DNA of 64,000 nucleotides from Pocillopora damicornis (Eukaryota): NCBI RefSeq assembly GCF_003704095.1, contig NW_020843903.1, positions 186,001 to 250,000 of the forward strand, read 5' to 3'. Shown piece by piece: positions 1 to 12,300 of this stretch (position 1 is its first letter; each line of letters starts with the position of its first letter). The notes under the pieces were generated by a model. It saw only the letters and a program-made list of their open reading frames with translations, ran no database searches and was not told where the DNA came from. The position numbers and the translations under genes were made by a program.

Positions 1-269
1 GAACTATGGCTTTATCATTAAGTGAATTTAACGGAATTAACATTCCTTAATCTTATAGAGCAATTAGACGCAAGACACGACTCGTTCACGTGCTTTGTAC
101 ATGCTTTTCGTATGATTTTCACGTGCTTTTCATGTGCTTGACGCTCGTTCAGTGTAATTCCTGGCCTTCCCTGTTTTTTTTTAAGCCGTTTTACAATCTT
201 AGGAGGAAAAGACTCAATTGCGAAGTGTGACTCTGTTTAATATAGTTAATTCAATCTAATCCGTCCTAC

Positions 270-1099
270 CTTAAGGAGTCCATTAAACAAAAAGCGTTTC
301 TTCTTCATGTGAGTAACGGCACCTTCCTCGTCAAGATCGACTGTTTCCACTTCAATCTCCATCCCCTCTGGCATGCACTGTTTGACGTCTGTCATTTGTC
401 CTTGGTAGATCAACTTTTTGGTCAGAACACAGGACAAGCCGGTTTGACAGCTGCAGTCCCCCCCCTGGTAGAAGAATCACGTGACATGAGTGTAACTAAT
501 GCGATATGAACAGACACGCCCGCACTAACAGCCTCTTGGACAAAAATACTGTATCAACCTTGAGGCAGAAGCTTAGGTGGCGGTGGGACGGGCTGTGGTG
601 CCCCCTTCCTGTTTCACGAAAATTTGAGGAAGAGCCCCATCGCATCACATTTTAGCTTTGAGTGTAATTCAGTTGTTAAGACTGAAACGGGAGTTTTCTG
701 GACTAATCATCGAGCAAACTTTAAACAGAAGCAAGGACTCCCGGAACACTTTTGATAACTCAATTAAAATTTTCACAGTCATACGAAGTTACTACCAGTA
801 TCATTACCATAAATATTAATCAACGCCCTGAAAGATAAGATTTCGGCTCACCTCTCTGTTGCAAGCTGCAAGTTCAGGAAGATTTGAACATCCCTGAAAG
901 AAACAAATGCATCATAATTGGCTCTCCAAATAAAGTTCGCAAAACGCGTGATTTGGTTGGAAATATGAATTAATAGTTCTCTTCATTCTACTGAAGAGGA
1001 AGGATAGACTATTAAACCCGTCGAAATGAAACGTTTCAACTTTTGAAAACTCACCAAAGTGAGAGTGACAGAAAGGCTCAGCAAAATAAAGATCTTCAT
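270..1099 (-). CDS. Secreted Cys-rich propeptide, paralogue A (3' exons lie left of the window)
   Basis: Exons 1099-1055 (MKIFILLSLSVTLTL), 893-852 (GCSNLPELAACNRE) and 464-270 (GGDCSCQTGLSCVLTKKLIYQGQMTDVKQCMPEGMEIEVETVDLDEEGAVTHMKKKRFLFNGLLK). All are GT-AG, phase 0, and colinear with paralogues B and C. Confidence 0.88.
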
Positions 1100-2670
1100 G
1101 GCTTGAGTTTGAGTGAATGGAAGAATCGCTCACAACTGAGAGGCTATAGTCTTGATGAAACAAATTGTGACTAGAGACCCTTGTGCCCTGCTTTTAAAGT
1201 TTTCGAGAAAAACCCTGAAGTGGTATGTTTTGCAGTTTACTCAAGGACTGCAAAGCGGGGATAAGTATTTTAAAACATCAAGTTTAAACTAAAATGAAAT
1301 GAAGCTTGTTCAACTGCGTGGTGTGTAAAGCACTTTGAGAGAACGTATTCTGTTTGTTAGTGTTGGGAAGTTATGTATGTTCGCAAAATGCGTCTCTAAA
1401 CAGTGCAAAGTTGTTCAGCTGCAATGCCACCTCAGTCGTGTGTTATTTGTACTCAGTCCTCTTAGCTTTACACACCAAAACTTTGTGTTGAAAGGTACAA
1501 TAGCGAAACGGGGAGAAATGTGTTGGCGAGGGGACTGAGCAGAGTTTTAAAACATTGTTTGCCAGACGCACTTGCTGAGGAGTAGGGGTGAGTAAACTCT
1601 TAAAAAAATCCGCTGTAGGCGTGCAGCATATACAGCAAAACCAGTGGTTGAGGGGGCTGGGGGTGGGGGTACTCCTGGATATTTTAGGTGGAGGCGGGTA
1701 TGCTGCATGCTTCATAAATCCTCTATTCTATTTCAGTTGAAAAAAGAAGTTTTTCGCTCCATTTTGAATGTTTAATTAAAAGTTCTATTTCTTAAAAAAA
1801 CTTTTCCTTCTTTTTAGAGAACGTTGTACACTCCCTTTGTTTGGTGGCAACAAATTCTCGTTTTCATTTTTATGCTGTAAAAATGAAAAGATAAAACTAT
1901 ACAAGCCAGATACGAAGACAAGAGAATGTGAATTGATGTATCCCCTTGAGCAAATACCGTTTTTTCCCTTTACTCTGTATCTTTTACATCCTTATACGCA
2001 AACTTAAATCTCGTTTCATAGACCTTTTGAATGCTGTTTTCGACAATGTTCACGGAAGGTTTCATGATCACTACTTTAGAGATATTGGTGGTCAGTATAT
2101 TTTCTGTACCAAGAGTAAAAGGAAAAAGCAGATAAAGACATTTAGATTACTTGACATTACAAAAAAAAACCTCCTCGATATGGATTGATGCTTTGAAAAA
2201 GTGCAGTCCATGGATTTCGGTATTTGGCTTAAACAACCTTTAGTCGGTGCAAAGGTTATCGTGCAAAGGACTCTTTGTTCCAATATACAGATGTGTTTGT
2301 ATAGCAGAGGTGTCGAGTACTACCTTACAATGTTAATTTTGTCTTACGACACATGAAATAATACTATTATGCGCGGACACGATGCAAAACACTTGTCTGA
2401 CATCAACGGTTCCAAACGCTTACGTTTCGATGACCCTTTCGTTGTGTGCGTAACAAACAGTTGGAAAAACACAGTGTTACATTGACAGTTTTCGTTTACA
2501 CACGATGTTTAAAGTACTCTTGCTTTTGAATGATTCCTGTGAAAATGCTGTCCTTCAGATTGTTTTAAAAATAGTGAAGTATAAAAAACAACTTCTCAGT
2601 CAGAATGCCCCATTAGAGTGTGAACTAAATCTTTCTATACTTTAGGCTCTTCCAGTCAAGCGGGGAAGAC

Positions 2671-4519
2671 ATGAAGACTACTATCCTGATTTTGAGCTTA
2701 AGCATTTCACTTGCTTTGGTGAGTTTCGAGGAATTTATGATATATTTTTCTGCATCATCTGTTAAATCAATTTTAGACAAATACCGCTAAAACTGAGTTT
2801 GATTCTATCAAACTGGATCAGAATATTTGTAAGAAAAACGCGTTTTTTTCTTCTTTACTAAATCTCTAAATAATTCATTTTTAAATACTTTATAGAGATT
2901 CAATTAACATTTGAACTCTGTCCATTTTATCTTTCGAAGTCATTCGAGGAAAACTGGAAAAAAGCCGGTAAAACGAACTTTTTTTGAAACTTGGGCAAAC
3001 TTGGAAAATGGTCATGCTACTTGTTCTGTTCTGGTTGTTGTTTTTGTTTGATCCTGGTTGGTAAATTTCCCATTCCAGTCCCTCCACACACTTATTTGTA
3101 CATATTTATTAATTTACAGGGATGTTCAAAACTTCCTGAACTTTCAGTTTGTAACAAGCCGGTGAGTAAACATATAAGTCAGATGAAATTAGATTTTTCA
3201 ATACCATTAAGGCTAGGGTTGTCTTTTAGAAGTCTGTTAGCTTCAACTCTTAGGAACTTACCAACAATTCTATCTCGGATTAGGTTCATATAGTTGTCAC
3301 GAAGAGACCCGTATTTTGTAGCGTCCTGCCCAGTAACACCATCAAAAAATAAATCCTTAGCGACCCAGGTCACAATAGTTTTGCGCCATTTTTCTACGAC
3401 TTATAATTGTACCTTCAAAGAGCAAGACAACAAAAACCGATGCCTCCAAGATAGAGAAATAACGCAAGGCACAGAAAAGGCCTTCCTAACACTTTTTCTT
3501 CGTTGAGCTCGTTCTTCATACGACGAACGACATGTCGAGTTCCTCTTGAAGTATAGGTCATAAGCTGAGATTCTTTTTGTTTTCCTTTTTTTTCTCTCGC
3601 ATCTCCTCTTCTGTGCCTAGGAAGGAGACTGCAGTTGCCAGGATGGTCTTTCTTGCGTTCTCACTAAGAAAGTGATAGAACATGGAATCGAGACTCCCGT
3701 CAAGCAGTGCATGCCGGGAGATGTGGATATCGAAGTGGAGTCGATCGACCTTGATAACCAGGCAGCGGATGCACCCATGAGGATAAAGCGCTGGCTATTC
3801 TTCAACGTAAGTTTGAAACTTGGCTTGAACGAAAACATTTGGAGTAGCGCTAATTCGTCACGAAATTTTCTTTGCTTCATGAATTAGAGGTGCCTCACCG
3901 AAGAAGATTGCAGTTACAACAGATGCTGCGCTTTCAATAAGCGATGTGTTCCAAAACTCAAGAAATTCTTCACCTGCGTTTTAACGGTAAGTGATAACAT
4001 GAATATGATTTTTATTCCTTACGTATTGAAACCGGTCAAATTTTATCTCCTGGGGTGGGGGGTAGAGAATGTTTGGGAGGATCACATGGTTTTCAAGGGG
4101 AAGGGAAGGGGGATCAATCGTCACCAATAGAAAACAAACTAACAAACTCTCTTACTCTCCCCCTCCCCCCCTCAGGCAATAAATTATAACCGGTCGCTGA
4201 TAATTTTGGCTTCTCTGTGGAATTCGTTCTCTGCGCGAAGTCTGGGTCGAGTAATCAGCAGAACGCGTTCTTTATGAGTTTCTCTCGCGTTTGACTTCAC
4301 AATTTACAATATTGATCCTATGGTAACAAGGTTCATAGCAACTACAACAAAATGTTTCCTCCTTAAACTTGTGATATAATAGAATTATGCTTTTTGTTTG
4401 TTCTGTAGGGCATACATAAGTGCGGCTGCGCAGATGGACTAGAATGTAAGGAGACTGCTCACATCACGCTTCCTATCACAGGAACGAAGCTCTCCCTTAG
4501 GCAGTGTATGGATGCCTAA
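2671..4519 (+). CDS. Secreted Cys-rich propeptide, paralogue B (161 aa; colipase/prokineticin/Dkk-like fold)
   Basis: Exons 2671-2718, 3120-3161, 3621-3806, 3888-3986 and 4409-4519, all GT-AG and phase 0. Protein: MKTTILILSLSISLAL GCSKLPELSVCNKP EGDCSCQDGLSCVLTKKVIEHGIETPVKQCMPGDVDIEVESIDLDNQAADAPMRIKRWLFFN RCLTEEDCSYNRCCAFNKRCVPKLKKFFTCVLT GIHKCGCADGLECKETAHITLPITGTKLSLRQCMDA*. AATAAA lies about 30 nt after the stop. Confidence 0.92.
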
Positions 4520-5696
4520 AACGGCGCTTGGCTTGAGTTGTGGATGAATAAACCCTGATAGAGAAAATTTGGTTGTTAGACCCAAAATAAATGTGTTAAA
4601 CCAAAAAAAGGCCTGATTATTTCCTTCCCACCGATAGCATGAACTGTGGTTTAAGTTTCAGAGCAATGAAAAATGTTTCGTGCAATTTTCGTTTCTGCAC
4701 GTGTGCATTTGAGTTTCAACCCAAAATGGGCAAGGGTAATTTTTAGCTACAGTAGCAACGGGAATACCCTTTCAATTGGGCTTCTTTCCTAGTGGAGGAA
4801 TTCGTCAGAAACCTTTTTTCTCCATAGCACAGATCGAGATAATTTTCAAAAGGGAGCATATGAAGTTTGATAAAGCGATGCACAAATGTAACAGCTGATT
4901 GGCTACGCAAACCCATCACTTGACCAAGCATGTTTTTACATATGAGAAGGAGGGGTGACTGTTATAAATATGAAATTTCTGGCCGCGGAATCCCTAAAAA
5001 TTCAGAGAGCCGTTCTGTTTTCGAAGGATGGCCTTACATATCATAATCGCTGATCATGAATATTTACATTTGAAATTTTTGATAACAAATAATGTTTCAA
5101 AAGTAAACTGTTTCACACATCTGTGCCAACTTACCAAAGACTTGACAAAATTGCTATTAGATTATGTCAACAAAATGGTATTGATCCTCAATTGTATGAC
5201 AAATTTGAGTATAAACAGTAGAAACAAGAAAAAATTATCTTTATATCACAACGTATATTTAAAGTCGGTTTCTTTGAAGGCATGACCTGAATTTTCTCAG
5301 CTGATAAAAGTGTTTATTAAATTTATCTTTTAATATTTCTTGTAAAAATTATAGTGCTTGTTTTTCAAGTTCTTCTTTTGTGAAGAGTTTCCTTGTTTAA
5401 TATTACCGAAGGCTTAAAATGGTTCAGAAATCCACTGAAAATATAAAGAATATACCAAGTGCTCAATTTTCTAACACATTTTAACGTCGTGTAATGAGAA
5501 GGTTTGCGAAAGGCGTGTGTTGTGACAAAATACAACAATGAAGTTATTAAATTATTGCCAGAAAGTTTTGTTGATATATCAAATTACGATAGCTTTTTCC
5601 AGGCAGTTGTATAAACTTCATTTCAAACCGAAATCTTTTTTCGTTTGAACTTAGCATTTAAAAACACTCGCACAACTTTGTGTCTTGAGACGGAAA

Positions 5697-5708
5697 GCTA
5701 TATATACA
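5697..5708 (+). promoter_or_regulatory. Candidate TATA box of paralogue C
   Basis: GCTATATATAC lies about 85 nt upstream of the ATG at 5788. Confidence 0.4.
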
Positions 5709-5787
5709 GTTTTCAGAGCTTATCTCTACCAATTGCGAATTTCTCAACAAGATCAAGCTCTACGTTGATTTCTTCAAGTCAGAAATT

Positions 5788-8335
5788 ATGAAGATTTTTG
5801 TTGTTTTAAGTATCTGCTTTGCCCTTGCTTCTGCGGTAAGTTTCTGGATCATTTTATGTCAGACTTTACTAATTGTGAAGCGTAAAACTAATGATTGCTT
5901 TAGACTTAGTTCATGATTTTCCCTATTTTTTGCCACAATATCTGCTGGATATCTTTAATACTAACGACCGCCAAGATCCGTCCCTTTCACATTCTATAGT
6001 GATGATCGAATAGCGCAGCCTATGATGAACAAATTGTGCGCAAGAATTAATAAATCTAATTTAGACTTTGGAAACCTCAACATTTAAGAAAAAGCAAAAT
6101 GAACATAGACTTAAATAAATTATCATTACAGATAGATTGAAAAAAAAATTTTTTCCTTTAAGATGCGAAACCTGTAGATTGTAACATTTCTTTTCTATCA
6201 TGCGCTGATTCATATCTAACAACAAAATATTTAAATAGGACTGAAGTAAAATATTTCATTTTTATCTGCTGATTTTTCAAAAGTGCAACAGGTTTTATTG
6301 TCAATATGGATATTTGCTTTTGACTTTCACGAAGGGCTAGGCTCGAAACTCTTTACTGTGGCCAAATTATCTCCATAAAAAATGTATTCGTGTTATCATC
6401 ATTTTCCAGGCATGTGAAAATCTCAAGAGGCTTGAGGCTTGCAACAATGAGGTGAGTTTGAAAATGGGGGTAATCATCTTAGAATAGTAAATAGAATTTT
6501 CATGAATTTGCTTCTTCTACAAAAAAAAAAAGAAACTGCACATAATCAGGACGACATTGGTGATACGTCACATCGCTCTATGATTGGTCTAAAATACTCC
6601 TACCATCTCCTCAACCAATCAAAACCAAAGGTAAAACTAATCGCAATTTGAACACTTCTGCTTTCCCGCGCTGCAGACCGCTAACAATAATTTACTTTGA
6701 TTTCTCATCGGGATATTTTCCTGGGTCGAGAATGGCCGTCGTGGCGCACTGATTCGTATGAATTGGTTTCGCGACACCTGTTCTAATGAGCTTTGATTGC
6801 GGTTTATTTTCTCTTCCACAGGGGCTTGATTGCTCTTGCCAACCCGGACTATCGTGCAGATTAACCAAACAAATGATCGTGGATGGCAAAACTGTTCCAG
6901 TCAAGCAATGCATGGGAGACGATGAGAAGATTAATATCGAGACCATCAACGTGGACCCCGAGGAGCAGAACAATGCAGCAAACGCAGCGTACAGAGTCAA
7001 GCGTTTCTTGGGAATTATCACGGTAACTGGAGCGAAGCTAAGAGGGGTGTCCACCACCCCATATGAAATAAATGATCTTCCTTCAGATCATTGCGATACG
7101 AAGGAATTGAAACCAGCCGCCTCCCAAGGCGTTCGCAAACACATCCTGGGGAATAAGCGCAAAGTGGATCAGACTCGTACCCAGTCGCTTTTCCTTATTC
7201 GTGAAGTGATTGATGGGAAGGATTAAGCGGGCTCGTGTTCCACCGAGGGAATGACGGAAGGAGAAAGCGAAACTGAACCACTTTTTCTCTCTCCTTCCCA
7301 AGCGCCTTAGCGCACCCTAATCCCCGTCCCAGATTCCTTTGTGGGTAGAAAAAAAAGGTGCGAATAGGTGAAAGTATGGACGAATCTTGGACTCAAGGTA
7401 CCATACCCCCCAACCACAAGTTTCGTTTCCAGAGACAGTCGTGTTTCCCTATTGTGCGAGATGATATCGATTTCAGGGGAAGAGAATAAAGATTAAATGA
7501 CAGTTTACCTTCCAATGGATATCAAAACAATAAAAGCCAAAAACTTAACTAATCATTGCTATTTTGAACTGATAAAGACTACATCAACAGCTCCTTTCCT
7601 AGAAGAAACCACGCCCATTTTGAACGGCACGTTTGACGGTAACTATTTATTAATGTAGGGTATTATTAAACCCAGATCCTATTGTATAATTGAGTATGAG
7701 GCTCACTTTTGTTGTTTTGTAAACTAGAAATGTCAATCCGACGTTGATTGCGCCCCAAACTTCTGTTGTCCAATTGTGATCCAGCGCTGTCTCCCGAAAA
7801 TCCCAGAAGACGGCGCCTGCAACTTCAAGGTACTAAAATCCAAACCTGGGCTTTCTCTGCAATCTCTTTAAATCTTCTCTCATCGTTACCCTTCATTGTT
7901 AGGGGTCTCACGAGGGTGATGGCTTTTACGGCTAACGCTTATAATTTTGGCAAGTCTACGGTTACGGTTAACCCAAAATAACACAAAATGACACATTATA
8001 CCAGAGAGGAAAACCTGTTACGATTAATTTTTTTTCACGACCAACAAATAATGTTGGTTGGCTATTTACAATCTTATATTCAACGCACGCTTATGGTATC
8101 ATTTTTAAGTCATCTACAGTGCGCACGCACAAATACGGCTAGCCTTATTCTAGAATATTTTCGCCTATGACTTTGATTCGCCTCGTAAATCGCATGAAAA
8201 GGTTGTTGGATGTGTTCCTTTTTTCAGGATTTACATCGCTGTGGCTGTATGGATGGATTAGTATGCCAGAAGACTGCAGAGATTACAATTTTCCCAGGCA
8301 TTAAGATTCCTCTTGAGCAGTGCGTCAAGATGTAA
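5788..8335 (+). CDS. Secreted Cys-rich propeptide, paralogue C (166 aa; colipase/prokineticin/Dkk-like fold)
   Basis: Exons 5788-5835, 6410-6451, 6822-7022, 7728-7829 and 8228-8335, all GT-AG and phase 0. Protein: MKIFVVLSICFALASA ACENLKRLEACNNE GLDCSCQPGLSCRLTKQMIVDGKTVPVKQCMGDDEKINIETINVDPEEQNNAANAAYRVKRFLGIIT KCQSDVDCAPNFCCPIVIQRCLPKIPEDGACNFK DLHRCGCMDGLVCQKTAEITIFPGIKIPLEQCVKM*. Confidence 0.92.
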
Positions 8336-9373
8336 ACACGTATATTTACGTAGCACCATTAAGTGCTGTAGTAGCTTGAGCAAGAAAAATAAAAATAAAA
8401 CGGTTCTTTGCTGTGTGTTTCTCTATTTCGCGTCTCTTACACATAGACTGACTTTTCCTAAGTCTTCCCGAAAGGAAGCCTGGGCAAACTGCCTTCTCGT
8501 CGTACCCTTTGTCACGTGCGACTGTGACTCGTCCCCAACTCTCTCGCGCTTCTTGAGGCAAACATGGAATGAACGTGAGCTCAAAAGGTTTTCTTTTTCG
8601 TGCACTCTATCCCAAGAATGTGTCCCCTTTTGCGCCTTTCCTCGAATTGCCTCTTCTCTCTTGCGCCTATAATTTATATTTCTTTTTCTCCTCTATGCGC
8701 CTATGTCTACATTTTCTTTTACCTTGCGCGCCATCTTTTCATTACGCACCAATCTTGATAGGTTGCCTTTTGCTTTCTCTGGTGACTGTCGTTAATTCAC
8801 CTGAGGAATTTCTGAACTGAGGAAAAGTTATTTGACTTAATACTTGCCTTTAGGTTACGTCCAGAGTTTTATTAATATTTTCATACACTAACTACATCTC
8901 CATATATATTTGGGAGTGCTCAACTTACGTATTTTGTCCCCCATTAATCTAGCATTTTTAGTTCCATTTTTAGGGAACATACTTAAACTGTTACCTGAGT
9001 TTGATGACTTCTGTCATAATACTTCTCAGGGGGGTGGATGTGTGTGGGTGTGCAGGTGTGTTAGAACATTAACATGAAGCTAAAACTGTTTGATTTTCTA
9101 GCGCAGGCACTAATCTCTTTATTTTTTACACCTATAAGTTAAAATTTGAAATGTAAATAATAATTTAGGGCTTGTACTGCGCAAATCAACATATGAATAG
9201 TATCAATGCGCATTCCATAATAATCCAAAAACAAAAACAATATTATGTCAAAAGTTAAGAAAACATATCCCCTTTAAATTTTAGAAATATCAGCTCGGAT
9301 CTAATATGAAGTACTTTTGAAGAGCATCTAAAATTGGATTTTAAGTGCCAAATAAGGCGCTGTTTTTCATTCT

Positions 9374-12300
9374 TCACTCACTCAGACCAAGTAGAGCCAG
9401 GAACCTAAAAAAGGTAAAATTACTTTGTTTGAAAATGTAAAAAAAAAAAACCCCAAAAAATAATATATATATATATATATAAATGATATAACGTTACTTT
9501 CCGCCGACTTTACGCCAACTAAGTGTAATAAGCAAGGTTTACAACATTAGGGCTGATTTTAGGCGGACAACAATCCTCAGTATACATAAGACGCAAACTC
9601 ACAGTATAAAATGGTACATTCCCGCTTTCAAAGCTGTAGCTTATGTAGGATGGGAAGGATTGAGAACGTCTTAACAAGCCACAGCTTTTATTAGACGCGA
9701 AACCACTGGTATTAATGGCATGGCGGCTTAAGTAAGGCGCAAACTTACACTGTGCAAGCGCAATTTTTCCCGCGCTTGTGCGTTTTTCCTGCGCTGGCCA
9801 CCACTCGCGCAACCGAGAGCCATTTGTAAGAGTACTTCGCAGCTTAGTAAGCCGCGCTCCTAGGAACAGTCCACTTCGCGTCCTATGTAAGGCACGAATT
9901 ATTATCCCCGTATACACGGCAGTATTGACACAGTTATAAAGATTTATATTACAGACATTTTCGGAAGTATTTGCGATGATTTATCAAATGTTATCAGCTT
10001 AGCCAGTTTATTAATTGCACTTTTTACGTGACATCGCACGTGACGTACTGCACCAGCTATAGTAGCACGCGTGTCTAATCTGATCGCGCTTGTCTTGTTC
10101 CACGTGTACATCATTCGAGATTTAGTGTGAGGGTTTTATTGCCTGAAATGCACAGCAATTTTCTTTGCATTGTGTGGGCTCTATTTTAAAAGTGTTCAGA
10201 ACCTTTCAGCAATTCCACAACGTACTACTTACCTCTCAATCTTCTCATCTAGCCACGCTTTATTCAGCAAGTTATTGAGCCAAGACTCCGGCAGTTTACT
10301 GGCACCCAGTTTACAGCCTAACAGCGCCCCCGCTACAGCACCATTTGTGTCAGCGTCTCCAGCCTGAGAAGAAATGTAGGTCCGTAATTTAGTGCGTGAA
10401 AAAAGAAAATATACAGAACCAGTTAGAAATACGTGTTGATTTAACCTTCACTGAATTTTGCAGTAAATCAAGATTTACGCTTAAATGACTTTCTTATATA
10501 TATATCAAATAAAATCGCACCAGTATCTTCAAAGATACTCACAAAATTTCTGAGTATCGTGAGCATTTTTCCTACAAACTCCCAAAGTTCTCTTAACTAA
10601 GTAAAGTGGTGGTGGTATGAGTAGTAGATTAAAATATTTTACACATAGAGACACAATATTCGTAAAGTAAGAGGATTTTTCATACTCCCTTAGCAATTCA
10701 GACAAAGTCTCCGTAGAAACTACAATTCATTTACACTCATCAAAACGATAATTTTTAACAACAAAAATCCAATAAGATATTGATTGCTTCCAGGCGTCAG
10801 ACGTACCTCAAATGCCACATCCTCTATAGCAGCACGAAAATCATCTTGCCTCAATGACCAAATTCCAGCGCCTAAGCATTTGTAAGTGTAGCCTATTTTG
10901 CCATGTCCGTCAAGTTGTAGATTTTTCAATGACTTAGCAAACACGTGCTTTTTCAAACCCTCTTCCTAAAAACCAATTTACGAGACAAGGTCATCACTCT
11001 GGTTTTAACCAACTGACAAGCAACGTGCTGATGCTCTAAGTCGCCGGGGGGGGGNNNNNNNNNNNNNNNNNNNNNNNNNNNNNNNNNNNNNNNNNNNNNN
11101 NNNNNNNNNNNNNNNNNNNNNNNNNNNNNNNNNNNNNNNNNNNNNNNNNNNNNNGACACAAGACGCAATACATCTTGGGTCTGCATGGGTGACTTTACAA
11201 GCCGCCTTGGTGTTTTCTATCACTGCATAAATGTCACCAAAGTTATGGACCCCTAGAATTGAAGTGCGCATGACACCTCCGTTTGGAGCTACAAAGCGAC
11301 CTGAAGAATCCCAAACGTACTCGGCTGCCTGAGAGCAAAGAGCAGAGGATAAACGATAAGTTTATATGANNNNNNNNNNNNNNNNNNNNNNNNNNNNNNN
11401 NNNNNNNNNNNNNNNNNNNNNNNNNNNNNNNNNNNNNNNNNNNNNNNNNNNNNNNNNNNNNNNNNNNNNNNNNNNNNNNNNNNNNNNNNNNNNNNNNNNN
11501 NNNNNNNNNNNNNNNNNNNNNNNNNNNNNNNNNNNNNNNNNNNNNNNNNNNNNNNNNNNNNNNNNNNNNNNNNNNNNNNNNNNNNNNNNNNNNNNNNNNN
11601 NNNNNNNNNNNNNNNNNNNNNNNNNNNNNNNNNNNNNNNNNNNNNNNNNNNNNNNNNNNNNNNNNNNNNNNNNNNNNNNNNNNNNNNNNNNNNNNNNNNN
11701 NNNNNNNNNNNNNNNNNNNNNNNNNNNNNNNNNNNNNNNNNNNNNNNNNNNNNNNNNNNNNNNNNNNNNNNNNNNNNNNNNNNNNNNNNNNNNNNNNNNN
11801 NNNNNNNNNNNNNNNNNNNNNNNNNNNNNNNNNNNNNNNNNNNNNNNNNNNNNNNNNNNNNNNNNNNNNNNNNNNNNNNNNNNNNNNNNNNNNNNNNNNN
11901 NNNNNNNNNNNNNNNNNNNNNNNNNNNNNNNNNNNNNNNNNNNNNNNNNNNNNNNNNNNNNNNNNNNNNNNNNNNNNNNNNNNNNNNNNNNNNTTCATCT
12001 GTACCTTGTGTGGATCAGTAAGAAAGTCAGGATGATGTAAAACACGGCGTGTAGTGCTGCCAATTCCCATTCCACCTATATCACCCAGCTCTGGAAAACC
12101 CCTCCTGCTCCAATNNNNNNNNNNTTTGGCAAAATCAAGGGGGACCATCTGCAAAAAATAAAACAGCCAATACTCCCAATCAGTATTCAAATATACTTCA
12201 CATATTTTATCTTTTAAGGTGGTTTACCTCAGTCACTCTAGANNNNNNNNNNTCTTAGAGTCTTCACTTGGACCAGGGGGGGCCCTTTGCAGTAGAGCTT

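Noticed and set aside
2671-8335. Calling the peptide genes Dickkopf or prokineticin orthologues
   Set aside because: They lack the AVIT N-terminus and the canonical Dkk two-domain layout. Only the Cys pattern is shared, so no gene symbol was assigned.
9519-9917. 132-aa ORF in the last ARH intron
   Set aside because: It has a non-ATG start and no recognisable motif, and is probably repeat-derived intronic sequence.
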